Notes: generated by a model not told the origin, from the sequence alone. A stretch of 64,000 bases of DNA from Nakamurella sp. (GCA_017882715.1 JADGOY010000002.1:10682-74681), one strand, 5' to 3'; counted from the stretch's first letter, positions 40,069-50,338 are shown. Numbers and translations: made by a program.

Positions 40069-40509
40069 TCATGACCCGGTGTCGCCCTCGGCCTGATCGC
40101 CGGACAGGAAGACCAGCCGGAACTTGCCGATCTGGACCTCGTCGCCGTTGGACAGGCTGGACACCTCGATCGGCTCTCGGTTCACGTAGGTGCCGTTCAG
40201 CGAGCCGATGTCGGCCACCTCGAAGCCGTCCCCCGTGCGCCGGAACTCGGCATGCCGGCGCGACACGGTGACGTCGTCCAGAAAGATGTCGCTTTCCGGA
40301 TGGCGACCGGCGGTGATCTTGTCCCGGTCCAGCTGAAACCGTGATCCGGCGTTCGGACCCCGCTTGACGACCAGCAGGGCCGACCCGGCGGACAGGCCTT
40401 CGAGCCCGACAACATCCTCGCTGGTTTCCGCCTCCGCGGAGCCGAACAATCCACCGGCAAAGATCGAGGTGGAATCCGACGCCGCGGAACCGCGGTCACT
40501 CTCAGTCAC
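40069..40509 (-). CDS. garA: FHA domain protein GarA/OdhI
   Basis: STSIF N-terminal phosphosite region, GRHPESDIFLDDVTVSRRHAEF, SLNGTYVN, QIGKFRL. Confidence 0.9.
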   Translation of the reverse strand: MTESDRGSAASDSTSIFAGGLFGSAEAETSEDVVGLEGLSAGSALLVVKRGPNAGSRFQLDRDKITAGRHPESDIFLDDVTVSRRHAEFRRTGDGFEVADIGSLNGTYVNREPIEVSSLSNGDEVQIGKFRLVFLSGDQAEGDTGS

Positions 40510-40763
40510 CAGACACTCCTTCGTCCTGCCTGTGCACGTTCCCGCTGTCGCCTACTCACGCTTCCCTGGGGCCGGCCGGACAAAACGGTCGCGGGATTGA
40601 CGGCCGCAAGGTGGGAAGTCCCCTGTGGGACGACCGTACCGTGCCGCTCCCCCTCACCGCACCGCAGATGGACGCCGGCCGTGAAGTCTGTCTCGATCTC
40701 CCGTGGCGTTGCTGCCCAGCCGATCGCTGGGCGGCATCCAGCACGATCGGCAGCAACGGGCGA

Positions 40764-41183
40764 TCAGCCCTCGCCGATCACCTCGGCGTAGCCGGCGGCA
40801 TCAAGCAAATCGTCGATCTGCGCGGGGTCGGCGAGTTCGATTTCGACCATCCATCCGTCACCATAGGGATCGCCATTGACCACCTCGGGCGTGGAGTCGA
40901 GGGCGTCGTTACGCGCCACGACAGTTCCGGTCACCGGCGAAAAGACATCCGAGACCGACTTGGTGGATTCCACCTCGCCGATGGAGTCCCCGAGTTCGAC
41001 AGTCGTGCCCGGTTCCGGCATCTGGACGAAGACGATGTCGCCCAGGGAGTTCTGCGCGTAGTCGGTGATGCCTACCCGGGCAATGGTGATGCCGTGGGTG
41101 TCCGAGGTATCCGCCTGGCCCTCGCCGTGCAGGGTGCGGATCCACTCGTGGTCGGAGCTGTAGCGCAGGTCCTCTGGGATCAC
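40764..41183 (-). CDS. gcvH: Glycine cleavage H protein
   Basis: HEW, GITDYAQ..LGDIVFV, lipoyl site VESTKSVSD, DPYGDGW. Confidence 0.97.
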   Translation of the reverse strand: MIPEDLRYSSDHEWIRTLHGEGQADTSDTHGITIARVGITDYAQNSLGDIVFVQMPEPGTTVELGDSIGEVESTKSVSDVFSPVTGTVVARNDALDSTPEVVNGDPYGDGWMVEIELADPAQIDDLLDAAGYAEVIGEG

Positions 41184-41361
41184 GGGTCAGATCCTTCCGA
41201 TGTGGTTAACGGGCGCCGGGTGGACGCCACCCGGGGACGATGCGGTAGCGCACCCGACGGCGAGACGATCATCCAACGCCGCACGTCGTCCCGCCCGCGT
41301 CACGGCGGTCTTCGGTGTGTCGCGGCTGTTCTCACGGGAACGGCACGTCGCGGCCGGCCGG

Positions 41362-42294
41362 TCAGCCGTCGGCCGGGCGAGCGTAGAGCGGAGTCCGCGG
41401 GGCTCGCAACTGGTCGATGACGACCGTGTCCGACTGCGACACCTCCATCGTGCCGCCGGCCCGGCGCACGGTGTCGAGCACGCCGCCGGGGATCGCGAGT
41501 GCAGCGGCGAGCGTCGGCGGGTCGCCGATCGCCGCGATCCTGTAGGGCGCCGTCAGGGCCGTCCCGTCCAGCTTGATGGCGCCCGCCGATCCGGTGAACG
41601 CCGAGTCGACCCCGATCCTGACGTCGCCGACCTGGATTGCCTCGGCACCGGCGTTTCGCAGCTCCTGGATCGCGTCGAGCAGCACCTCGGGCGGGATGCG
41701 GTTCTGCGGGTCGGCGATGACCATGCTCACTCCGGGACCGGTCGCCGGCACCGAGCCGGTCAGGATCCCGAGCGCCTCGGCCTGTCGCTCCGCCTCGGCC
41801 AGCGCCTCTTCCGAGGAAGCGCCGCTGCTCCGCAGCCGGCCGAGGGTGTCCTGCAGTGCGGCGATCTCTGCGTTGAGGTCGTCCTCGCGCCGCTGCAGCC
41901 CGTCCAGGATCTGCACCAGGTCATCCGGGCGGGCGGTCGCCAGGTTGTCCCCGGACACGGTGCGTTGCACTTGCACGACCAAGGCGAATCCGAGCAGGCC
42001 GCACAGCACCCCGACCATGATCCGGATGCCGGTCGAACGGACCCAGCCGGTCGGTTTGGCCGGAGCCGGGGAGGCGCCAGTCGAGGTGCCCGCAACCGAG
42101 GAGGCGCCAGCGGGGGTGCCCGCAACCGAGCTGGCCGCAGCCGACGGGGCCGCAGCCGGGGAGGCCGCGGCCGGGCTGCCGAGGATGCCCTGGTCGGATT
42201 CGTGGGGCAGATCGGACGCGGTTTCGTTGCCCGTCGCGTTGGGCGGGTCAATCGCGGCAGGCGGGCCGCTGTCCTCCGCGCCGGGCATCGTCAC
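41362..42294 (-). CDS. DUF881 family protein (Rv1825-like)
   Basis: TM, coiled coil, GPGV, ELRNAGAEAI, AIGDP. Confidence 0.88.
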   Translation of the reverse strand: MTMPGAEDSGPPAAIDPPNATGNETASDLPHESDQGILGSPAAASPAAAPSAAASSVAGTPAGASSVAGTSTGASPAPAKPTGWVRSTGIRIMVGVLCGLLGFALVVQVQRTVSGDNLATARPDDLVQILDGLQRREDDLNAEIAALQDTLGRLRSSGASSEEALAEAERQAEALGILTGSVPATGPGVSMVIADPQNRIPPEVLLDAIQELRNAGAEAIQVGDVRIGVDSAFTGSAGAIKLDGTALTAPYRIAAIGDPPTLAAALAIPGGVLDTVRRAGGTMEVSQSDTVVIDQLRAPRTPLYARPADG

Positions 42295-42623
42295 GCCTTG
42301 AAGATATGACGGCGGATGGCGGCAGCGTTACCGAAGATCCGAATGCCGAGCACCACCACCACCGCCGTGGAGAGCTGCGCGCCGACCCCGAGCTGGTCAC
42401 CGAGAAACACGATGAACGCGGCGACCAGCACGTTGGCCACGAAGGAGATCACGAAGACCTTCGCGTCGAAGATGTGGTCCAGCCGCGCCCGCAATCCACC
42501 GAACACCGCGTCCAACGCGGCGATCACCGCGATCGGTAGGTACGGCGCGAGCCAGTCCGGGACGGTGGGATGGAAGAACAGGCCCACCACCACGCCAACC
42601 GCGAGGGCCAGTACGGCATACAC
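42291..42623 (-). CDS. Small basic protein (DUF1290)
   Basis: PYLPIAVIAALDAVFGGLRA...VVVLGIRIFGNAAAIRRH. Confidence 0.92.
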   Translation of the reverse strand: MYAVLALAVGVVVGLFFHPTVPDWLAPYLPIAVIAALDAVFGGLRARLDHIFDAKVFVISFVANVLVAAFIVFLGDQLGVGAQLSTAVVVVLGIRIFGNAAAIRRHIFKA

Positions 42624-42662
42624 GCAGCAATCTCCTTCGGTCGGGCACGAGAAACGGTTCGA

Positions 42663-43685
42663 TCACGGCGTTGACGTCAGTGTTGCGGTCGCCGTTGGTG
42701 TCGGCGCGGTCGGCGCGGTCGGTTCGGTCGGCGCTGTTGTCGTCGGCACGGTTGGCGTCTCCGCGCTGCTCGTCGACGGGGACGACCCGCCCGAACCCGG
42801 TGCCTGCGCGTACCGCAGATCGGACCCGGAGCCGGCTGGGAGCACCATGTCGTTCTGTGCGGTGACATCGAATTGGATGTTGTACAGCTGCGCGAAGGAG
42901 GAGAACCGGCCGGATCCGGCGGAACCGACGAGCCGGACTTGCAGTGCCGAAGGATCACCGATGGCGTCGATGGTGATCGGCCAGAACACCGGCCGGTTGT
43001 CGACCAGGATGGAACCACCGGCCTGCCTGATCGCGCTGGTCGGCCGGAGCCGGACGCCACCGATCGAGATGGCTTCGGCGCCCGCTGCCCAGAGGTCGTT
43101 GACCAGCAGCTGGATGTCGCGGTCCTGGATGACGCCTACCCCGGAAGTGCTGCCCGAGTCCCCCTGGTCCAGGACAATGCGCAGTCCCGGGCCGCGCACC
43201 GCGGTGGATCCGCTTGCGCGTTCCAGTTCCGCCACCGTCTGCAGTGGGCCGGTCGCGCCGAGGCCGGCCTGCGTGGCGCGCAGCTGATCGGCCAGGGCGG
43301 ACGCCGAGGCGGCGAGCTCGGATTGTTGACTCTGCGCGTGGTCGATGTCCTCGAGCAATCCGGAGCGGGCTTTTTCGGTCCGCGGTTCGTTCAGCACGGT
43401 GGCGCCGGCGGCGGTCCCGAACAGCAGACCGGCGACCAGCAACCCCGCCGCGGCCGCGATCACCTGCGAGGTGCGCGAGGGGGTTCGCTGCTGCGGGTCG
43501 GCGGCTCTGCGCCGTGCTGCCTCAGCGTAACCGGGATCCAGGGAGTCGCGGCCCAGCGATTCGAGCAGCGGGGGTATGTAGGTGCGAACCACGCTTCGCC
43601 GGGTCTCGGTCGACAATGCGGGCTCGCCCGGCGCACCCGAATCTGCCGTGTTGGTGCCCGCGGCTTCCTGGTGGGGGTCAACCAC
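42663..43685 (-). CDS. DUF881 family protein (Rv1823-like)
   Basis: LDPGYAEAA, GPGL, DRDIQLLVNDLWAAGAEAISIGG.RL; Thr/Pro-rich tail. Confidence 0.88.
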   Translation of the reverse strand: MVDPHQEAAGTNTADSGAPGEPALSTETRRSVVRTYIPPLLESLGRDSLDPGYAEAARRRAADPQQRTPSRTSQVIAAAAGLLVAGLLFGTAAGATVLNEPRTEKARSGLLEDIDHAQSQQSELAASASALADQLRATQAGLGATGPLQTVAELERASGSTAVRGPGLRIVLDQGDSGSTSGVGVIQDRDIQLLVNDLWAAGAEAISIGGVRLRPTSAIRQAGGSILVDNRPVFWPITIDAIGDPSALQVRLVGSAGSGRFSSFAQLYNIQFDVTAQNDMVLPAGSGSDLRYAQAPGSGGSSPSTSSAETPTVPTTTAPTEPTAPTAPTPTATATLTSTP

Positions 43686-44340
43686 CGGCCAGGCTCCGCG
43701 CTGTCGGACGGCGGTCCTTCGGCACCACCGGGGCATGCCGGGTGATCCAGACGATCTGACCGGCATAGATGGCGCCGGCCCACAGGTACAGGACCAGGCC
43801 CCATGCGATGAACGCGTAGCTGATCGGAAGAGCGATGTGCGCAACGAGGTAATCGCCCTGCGCGAGCAGCAGCATCGGCAGGCCGTACAACAAACAGAAG
43901 GTGGCGGCCTTGCCCAGGTAGTGCACCGGCAGCGCCGGGTACCCGTGACGGCGCAGCAGCGGCAGGGTCGCCGCGAGCAGCACGTCACGGCCGATGATCA
44001 GCACCGCGACCCACCAGGGGATGAATCCGCGGATCACGAAGCCGACCAGCGCGGCCAGGATGTACAGCCGGTCGGCGGCCGGGTCGAGCAGCTCGCCGAG
44101 GCGGCTGTACTGGTTCAGCAGCCGAGCCAGTTTGCCGTCGGCCCAGTCGGTGATCGCACTGACCGCGAGCACGACCAGCGCCCAGATGTCGTCCTGCGGT
44201 CCGAGCAGCAGCCACAGGAACAGCGGGACCCCCGCGAGCCGCAAGAGCGAGAGCACGTTCGGCACCGTCCAGATGCGATCTGACGGTTGCGCGCGCGTCG
44301 ACGGCTCGGACGGCCTCGGTGGCTGGGAGGGCTCGGGCAC
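43678..44340 (-). CDS. CDP-alcohol phosphatidyltransferase (PgsA2/Rv1822-like)
   Basis: TVPNVLSLLRL, DWADGKLAR...S.LG..LDPAADR. Confidence 0.92.
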   Translation of the reverse strand: MPEPSQPPRPSEPSTRAQPSDRIWTVPNVLSLLRLAGVPLFLWLLLGPQDDIWALVVLAVSAITDWADGKLARLLNQYSRLGELLDPAADRLYILAALVGFVIRGFIPWWVAVLIIGRDVLLAATLPLLRRHGYPALPVHYLGKAATFCLLYGLPMLLLAQGDYLVAHIALPISYAFIAWGLVLYLWAGAIYAGQIVWITRHAPVVPKDRRPTARSLAGG

Positions 44341-44536
44341 CGTTCCTCCTCCCCGCGTCGATTGTCTGCTCACGCCATCGCGGGCGCCCGCCGACACGCG
44401 CCCCGTCATCCCCCAGCCGAATGTCAGCGGGAGTCTAGTGGAGGATGGGCCACACCCGGCGCCATCCGAGACCATCGGCACGCCCGGGGGCCCGCTCCAC
44501 CACCTGCGCGCCTCGAGAGAAACAGGTGGCCAGGAA

Positions 44537-45088
44537 TCACGTTGTCAGCCGGAGCAAGGTGTACGCGGAGATCGTCGCCGCGTCGACGATCCGTCCATCA
44601 AGGATCATGGTGCGGAATCCGGCCTCGTCGACCAGCGCGTGCACCATGTCGGCCTCGCTGATCTCGCGGTGGTGCTCGCCGAGTGTCAGATCGGTGGCAT
44701 GGAAGACATCGAACCCCTGGGAGCAGAACCCCGGCGCCTCGTTGAGGTGCCCGAGGAAACGCCAGCTGGCAGCCTCCACGCCGGTCTCTTCGACCAGTTC
44801 CTGGCGGGCGAGCTCGGCCGGGGTGCCGGACTTCCCGGGCGGCCAGGTGCCCATCGGGAACTCCCATGCCCGCCGGCCGATCGGGTAGCGGAACTGCTCG
44901 ACCAGGTGGAATGCCCCGTCGGCTTCGGCGATGACGATGGAGAAGTCGTCCTTGTCGACGACGCCGTACGTTCCCACCGATCCGTCCGGCCGGGTGAATG
45001 TGTCCTCTCGCACGGACATCCAGTGGTTCCGGTAGACCGCGGCGGTGGTCAGTTGACCCGGTGGACGGTTGCCTCGATCCGACGCCAT
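44537..45088 (-). CDS. Nudix hydrolase (ADP-ribose pyrophosphatase-like)
   Basis: LVEQFRYP...WEFPMG...ARQELVEETG. Confidence 0.88.
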   Translation of the reverse strand: MASDRGNRPPGQLTTAAVYRNHWMSVREDTFTRPDGSVGTYGVVDKDDFSIVIAEADGAFHLVEQFRYPIGRRAWEFPMGTWPPGKSGTPAELARQELVEETGVEAASWRFLGHLNEAPGFCSQGFDVFHATDLTLGEHHREISEADMVHALVDEAGFRTMILDGRIVDAATISAYTLLRLTT

Positions 45089-45172
45089 CCGCCGAGTATC
45101 CGACCCCGACCGCCGGGCCGACGGGCGACTCCCGTTCGGCACGCGTCGTCGGCCCCCTACGCTGGCCCAGAC

Positions 45173-46204
45173 ATGACCGCCGTTCCTGCCCCGGCGCCGA
45201 TGGCCCACGTCGGCGGTCTGCTGGCCACCGATTTGGTCGAAACCGCCGACCTGACAAGCGATCCGGGCGTGCTGGATCGTGGTGGCTGGTGGGCGGTGGT
45301 GGCCACGTTCGAGGGCGCGGTGACGGGCTACCGGTTCGGATCGGTCAGGGCATCCGCGCTCCCGGAGACCACCGGCCGATGGCGTGGACCCGCGGACCGC
45401 AGTTGGCGCAGCTCCCTTGACAGGGATGGCTATCTGCGCGGCGTGGACCGGATCCGGGAGTACATCGAGGCCGGTGATGTCTATCAGGTGAACCTCTGCA
45501 GGCTGTTGGGCGCGCCGCTCGCGGCCGCAGCCGACCCGTGGGCATTGGCGCACCGGCTCGCCGACGGCAACCCCGCCCCGTACCAGGGAGTGCTGGACCT
45601 GGGCGACGAGTGGGTCGTGACCGCTTCCCCGGAGCTGTTCCTGCGCCGCGATGGCGACGTGCTGCTCTCCTCCCCCATCAAAGGCACCACTCGGCCGTCA
45701 GAACCATTCGCGGACAAGGACTTCCCCGAGAACATCATGATCACCGATCTGGTTCGCAACGATCTCGGGCGGATCGGGCGCCCCGGCTCGGTGGTGGTGA
45801 CCCGGCTACTGGAGCGCGAGGAGCATCCGGGACTGGCTCACCTGGTGTCCACGGTGCGAGCGCGGTTGGCCGATGGCGTGGGCTGGGCCGAGATCCTCGC
45901 CGCGACCTTCCCGCCCGGATCGGTCACCGGCGCACCGAAGATCCGCGCCCAGCAGGTGATCTCGGAGCTGGAGCCGGTGCCGCGTGGGCCATACTGCGGA
46001 GCGATCGGGTACGTCGATGCCGACTCGGGCACCGCGCAGCTGGCCGTCGGCATCCGGACTTTTTTCACCTCGCGGACCTCCGACGGTCAGCGGTTGCTGA
46101 ATTTCGGGACCGGTGCCGGCATCACCTACTCGTCGGAGCCCGACGACGAGTGGGCGGAGACCGAACTCAAGGCTGCACGGCTGATCTCGCTCGCCGGCGG
46201 CTGA
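45173..46204 (+). CDS. Chorismate-binding enzyme (PabB/TrpE-like component I)
   Basis: GDVYQVNL, SPELFL, SPIKGT, ENIMITDLVRNDLG, FPPGSVTGAPK, GAGIT. Confidence 0.88.
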   Translation: MTAVPAPAPMAHVGGLLATDLVETADLTSDPGVLDRGGWWAVVATFEGAVTGYRFGSVRASALPETTGRWRGPADRSWRSSLDRDGYLRGVDRIREYIEAGDVYQVNLCRLLGAPLAAAADPWALAHRLADGNPAPYQGVLDLGDEWVVTASPELFLRRDGDVLLSSPIKGTTRPSEPFADKDFPENIMITDLVRNDLGRIGRPGSVVVTRLLEREEHPGLAHLVSTVRARLADGVGWAEILAATFPPGSVTGAPKIRAQQVISELEPVPRGPYCGAIGYVDADSGTAQLAVGIRTFFTSRTSDGQRLLNFGTGAGITYSSEPDDEWAETELKAARLISLAGG

Positions 46205-46245
46205 GCCGTCAGCCGCGGCTCCGCCCCCTGACGTGGCGCCGCTTC

Positions 46246-46346
46246 CGCGCGGATCAACTTCGCGGGCGCGGATGAAGTCGTTGACTCGCGTCACATCCGT
46301 CCCAGGGAGGCCATCTTGATCCGCGCGCGGGAAGTTGATCCGCGCG
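46246..46346. repeat. 32-bp inverted repeat (29/32 identical) with 37-nt spacer, REP/MITE-like, between convergent genes
   Basis: CGCGCGGATCAACTTCGCGGGCGCGGATGAAG ... CTTGATCCGCGCGCGGGAAGTTGATCCGCGCG. Confidence 0.8.
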
Positions 46347-46401
46347 CGACCAGGCGCACGGGGCACGACCCATGCCGCGACGGCGAGCAGAGGGCTTCAG
46401 T

Positions 46402-47790
46402 TCAGCCGTCGCCCAGGACGGAACCGTCGGCGATGGTGCCCGGCGAACCCTCGGCCGCCACAGCGGCGACACCGACCACCCGCACGTCGCGGCCGAACGT
46501 CCAGTCCCCCTTCACGGTCAGCCGCTCGCAGCGGACCAGCGAGGGAGGCCCGTACGGGAAGCGGGCGTCGAAGTCGTTCACCAGCTTGTACGGCTTGTCC
46601 AGGTCGACCAACGGCGCAGCAGCTCGTTCGGGGACAAGCCGAACCTGCGCCCCGTCCGCCAACACATAGGCGTCCGACCGCAGCACCAGCAGGTCGCTGG
46701 TGGCCTTGACCGGCAGGAATCTCGAGCGATCCACCTCGATCGCACCAGCCCCCTCGAACACCCCGATCGCCGCCCCCATCGCGGTTTCGATCTGGATAAC
46801 CTCCGGGCTGGACGGGTCGGCGGGATCGACGGTCTTGACGTTCCGGATGATCGGCAGCCCGAGCACCCCATCGTTGGCCTGCAGCGTGGCGTCCAGGGCT
46901 TGAAGATCGAGCCACAAATTATTGGTGTTGAAGAACCGATACCGGCTGATGTCACCGAACGCGCCCTGGTCCTCCGGCCGGGTCTGCGCCGATTCCCGCA
47001 GGACCAGCTGACCGTCGCTGCGCCGACGGGCCAAGTGACCGCCCTTGCGATCCGCGGCGGTGCGCCGGCAGAACTCGGCGGCGAACGGACTCCCGGAGGC
47101 GGCGAACCAGGCGGCCAGCCGCGGATCGGGCCGCGCACCGAGGTTGTCGGCATTGGAGACGAACAAGTAGCGGTACCCCTGATCGATGAGGCTGCGCAGC
47201 AGCCCGGACCCGTCCAGCGCGGTGTAGATGTCGCCGTGGCCGGGCGGGCACCATTCCAACGTCGGGTCTTGCGGCCAGCTCACCGGGGTGAGGTCGTCAG
47301 AGCGGAGCTTGGGCTCGCGGTTCTGCAGGAAGTCCAGCGGGAGCCCCTCGGTTTCCAAGCCGGGGTGCACCGAGAGGGCCTTCAAGGTGTCGTCGGAGGT
47401 GCGGAAGCTGTTCATGAACACGACGGGAAGCTGGACACCGTATTCGGCACGCAGGGCCAGGATCTGCTCGGCGATGACGTCCAGGAAGCTGCGCCCTGGC
47501 CGGACCTCCAGTAGCGACTTGGCCCTGTCCATGCCCATCGACGTGCCGAGGCCGCCGTTGAGCTTCACCACGGCCGTCGCGGCCAGCGCGTCTCGCGCCG
47601 CCCGCGGATCGGTGACGAGGTCGGCCAGCCTGGGCTGCTCCTCGACAGGTTCCAGGTCAGGCTCGGCCAGCAGACCCCTCTCGCCGGAGGCCAGCACCTG
47701 GTACGAATGGGCGAACACGGCGATGGCGCGAGGGTGGATCCCGTCCGCCGCCATCAAGTCCCGTGAACGCTGCAATCCGTCGCTGCTCAT
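46402..47790 (-). CDS. UTP--glucose-1-phosphate uridylyltransferase, UDPGP (eukaryote-like) family
   Basis: KLNGGLGTSMG..AKS, WCPPGHGD, SNADNLGA, KGG, FNTNNLW, QIETAMG, RFLPVK. Confidence 0.92.
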   Translation of the reverse strand: MSSDGLQRSRDLMAADGIHPRAIAVFAHSYQVLASGERGLLAEPDLEPVEEQPRLADLVTDPRAARDALAATAVVKLNGGLGTSMGMDRAKSLLEVRPGRSFLDVIAEQILALRAEYGVQLPVVFMNSFRTSDDTLKALSVHPGLETEGLPLDFLQNREPKLRSDDLTPVSWPQDPTLEWCPPGHGDIYTALDGSGLLRSLIDQGYRYLFVSNADNLGARPDPRLAAWFAASGSPFAAEFCRRTAADRKGGHLARRRSDGQLVLRESAQTRPEDQGAFGDISRYRFFNTNNLWLDLQALDATLQANDGVLGLPIIRNVKTVDPADPSSPEVIQIETAMGAAIGVFEGAGAIEVDRSRFLPVKATSDLLVLRSDAYVLADGAQVRLVPERAAAPLVDLDKPYKLVNDFDARFPYGPPSLVRCERLTVKGDWTFGRDVRVVGVAAVAAEGSPGTIADGSVLGDG

Positions 47791-47974
47791 GGGCGAAATC
47801 GTAGGGCATGGCGGAACGACCCCCAGCCGGGCTTGAACGCTGCGTGAAGCTCGATGGCTCCCCGTGATCAACGGTCGGCGGCTGCCGGCGTTCGTGCGCC
47901 ACGTGCCGTGCGCGAAGCCCGGCACCGAGCCGAGAACGTCCGGAACGCGACACCAGACGTTCCTGGGCACCGTC

Positions 47975-48040
47975 CGACAGCGCATCTGACGGCAGCGCAT
48001 CTGACGACAACGCATCTGACGACAACGCATCTGACGGCAG
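47975..48040. repeat. 15-bp tandem repeat x4.4
   Basis: CGRCARCGCATCTGA units. Confidence 0.9.
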
Positions 48041-48118
48041 TTCACCGAGCACGAGGATGGCGCGTCGTACCTGTCCGACCTACCACCGGCGGTCAGGACG
48101 CTGTGCAACGGCGACGGG

Positions 48119-48667
48119 CTACCCCGCCTGCCCCCGGACGTGCTCGAAGATCAGATTGGTCTCGGTGAGGGCAACCTCCGGACGGGCGGAGAGCACGTCG
48201 ACGACGAAGGAACGCAGCGAGGCGGCATCCGAGGTCGCCACGTCGAGCAGGAAGTCGTCGGCTCCGGCCAGGAAGTAGATGTTGCGGACCTCGGGCCGGG
48301 CTTGCATCCGTTCGGTGAACAGCCGCATCCGGTCACGGGCCCCGGCGCGGAGCCGAACCGCGATCATCGCCTGCAGCGGCAATCCGATCGCCTCCGGGTC
48401 CAGGTCGGCGTGGTAGCCGCGGATCACGCCCGCCTCGCGCAGGGCCCGAACGCGGCCGAGACAGGTCGACGGGGCGATGCCCACCTCCGCCGCGAGTGCG
48501 TTGTTGGGGATCCGCGCGTCGCGGACCAAAGCCGCCAAGATCTTGTGGTCCACCGGATCCAGCACCAGCCGACCGCCACCCTCCCCGGTGGGACCGCCCC
48601 CGGTGCGCCGAACATCCTGCGCAGGGCCGGACCGATTGACGCCACTTGTCGAATGATCCGCGGGCAT
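48119..48667 (-). CDS. aldR: Lrp/AsnC regulator (AldR-like)
   Basis: LD.VD.KIL..L..DARIPNNALA..VGIAPSTCLGRVR; divergent from ald. Confidence 0.85.
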   Translation of the reverse strand: MPADHSTSGVNRSGPAQDVRRTGGGPTGEGGGRLVLDPVDHKILAALVRDARIPNNALAAEVGIAPSTCLGRVRALREAGVIRGYHADLDPEAIGLPLQAMIAVRLRAGARDRMRLFTERMQARPEVRNIYFLAGADDFLLDVATSDAASLRSFVVDVLSARPEVALTETNLIFEHVRGQAG

Positions 48668-48791
48668 CCTGCCAAACTAGCGAATGATCGACATTGTTGT
48701 TCCCCAATGACGACCCAAAGTTCATACTGATTCGGAACGGCGAGCGGCAAGGACGCCCCCGCATCCACCGGCCCGAGTCTGGAGGCTCATC

Positions 48792-49907
48792 ATGCGAGTC
48801 GGGGTTCCCCGCGAAGTCAAGAACCACGAGTACCGCGTCGCCCTCACCCCCGCGGGCGCCTTCGCGTTGACCAGTGCCGGGCACGACGTCGTCATCGAGT
48901 CCGGCGCCGGAGCGGGCTCCTTCATTCCCGACGAGGACTTTGTGGCCGCCGGCGCCCGCGTCCTCGAAACAGCAGACGCGGTCTGGGATTTCGCCGAGTT
49001 GCTGCTCAAGGTGAAGGAACCGGTTGCCTCCGAATATCACCTCCTGAACAAGGACCTGGTGCTGTTCACCTACCTGCACCTGGCCGCGGATCGCCCACTG
49101 ACCGACCGGCTGCTCGAGGCCGGCACGACCGCCATCGCGTACGAGACGGTGCAGTTGCCCGACCGGTCGTTGCCGCTGCTCGCGCCGATGAGCGAGATCG
49201 CCGGGCGGCTGGCCCCGCAGGTCGGTGCCTACCAGCTGATGCGCAACGAGGGCGGCCGCGGCGTCCTGCTCGGCGGTGTGCCGGGTGTGACGAACGGGAA
49301 GGTGGTCATCCTCGGCGGGGGGGTCGCGGGGGCGCACGCCGCCGCCATCGCCGTCGGGATACGTGCCGACGTCACCGTGCTGGATCTGTCGCTACCGGTT
49401 TTGCGGCGGCTGGATCTGCAGTTCAACGGTGCGGTCCGGACGATCGCGTCGAACGCCTTCACCATTGCCGAGGAGGTCACCCAGGCCGATCTGGTGATCG
49501 GATCGGTGCTTGTGCCGGGCGCCAAGGCACCGAAACTGGTGTCCAACGAACTGGTGTCGCAGATGAAGCCGGGTTCGGTGCTGGTGGACATCGCGGTCGA
49601 CCAAGGTGGTTGTTTCGCCGATTCTCGGCCCACCACTCACGACGATCCGACGTTCCGGGTGCACGACTCGCTGTTCTACTGCGTGGCCAACATGCCCGGC
49701 GCGGTGCCGCGCTCGTCCACCTTCGCGCTGACCAACGCCACCCTGCCCTACGTGTCCGCGGTGGCGACTCTGGGCTGGCAGCAGGCAATCTCGCTCGACC
49801 ACGCGCTGGCCGCCGGCCTCACCACGCATCACGGTGAGATCACCAATCTGGCTGTGGCCAAGGCGTACGGGCTCCAGGCTGTTGATCCGTACTCGCTGGT
49901 GGGCTGA
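48792..49907 (+). CDS. ald: Alanine dehydrogenase
   Basis: [49 protein letters not shown]. Confidence 0.97.
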   Translation: MRVGVPREVKNHEYRVALTPAGAFALTSAGHDVVIESGAGAGSFIPDEDFVAAGARVLETADAVWDFAELLLKVKEPVASEYHLLNKDLVLFTYLHLAADRPLTDRLLEAGTTAIAYETVQLPDRSLPLLAPMSEIAGRLAPQVGAYQLMRNEGGRGVLLGGVPGVTNGKVVILGGGVAGAHAAAIAVGIRADVTVLDLSLPVLRRLDLQFNGAVRTIASNAFTIAEEVTQADLVIGSVLVPGAKAPKLVSNELVSQMKPGSVLVDIAVDQGGCFADSRPTTHDDPTFRVHDSLFYCVANMPGAVPRSSTFALTNATLPYVSAVATLGWQQAISLDHALAAGLTTHHGEITNLAVAKAYGLQAVDPYSLVG

Positions 49908-49931
49908 CCGCAAGCGCGGTGAGAACGTCTG

Positions 49932-49965
49932 ACGGTGCGGTGGCTCCGAGAAGCCACCGCACCGT
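49932..49965 (+). terminator. Stem-loop after ald
   Basis: ACGGTGCGGTGGCT-CCGAGA-AGCCACCGCACCGT, 14-bp stem. Confidence 0.75.
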
Positions 49966-50047
49966 GAGGTCGTTTCGGACAATCCCGATGGGGCGATCTC
50001 AGGTTAATCGGAGTCGACGATCAGGTGGATCGATCAGACTCGGTCGA

Positions 50048-50338
50048 TCACGCGGCGTCGTGCACCGCGGGACCGAGGTGCCGGGTCCGGCGCGGGTTGC
50101 CGACCTGGGTGGCGGTCGTCACGGTGCGGGAACGCAACACCGCCGCGTCGATACCCCGGGCGCGCCGAGGATTGCCGACCGGCGTGCCGGTCTCGACACC
50201 GCCGGTGACAGCGCCGGTCGTGGCGGCCTTCACGGCACCGCGCGGAGCCGGCGGGCTGTCTTCACTGAGCCCGGACCGGGCTCCGGGCGGGGCGATCGAC
50301 GGGGTTCGCCGTTGGCGGAATGTGGTTCCACCGGACAT
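50048..50338 (-). CDS. Putative small protein with duplicated VGNPRR motif
   Basis: Distal 61 codons mostly end in G/C; T(P/Q)VGNPRR(A/T)R twice; start uncertain (50338 ATG or 50233 GTG). Confidence 0.4.
   Translation of the reverse strand: MSGGTTFRQRRTPSIAPPGARSGLSEDSPPAPRGAVKAATTGAVTGGVETGTPVGNPRRARGIDAAVLRSRTVTTATQVGNPRRTRHLGPAVHDAA

Noticed and set aside
43994-45172. Apparent 393-aa N-terminal extension of the chorismate-binding protein
   Set aside because: Antisense to pgsA2 and Nudix; real start is most likely ATG 45173
47975-48040. Possible CRISPR arrays (also 14578-14642, 60799-60855, 62919-62983)
   Set aside because: Units are 13-16 bp and directly abutting, with no unique spacers and no cas genes
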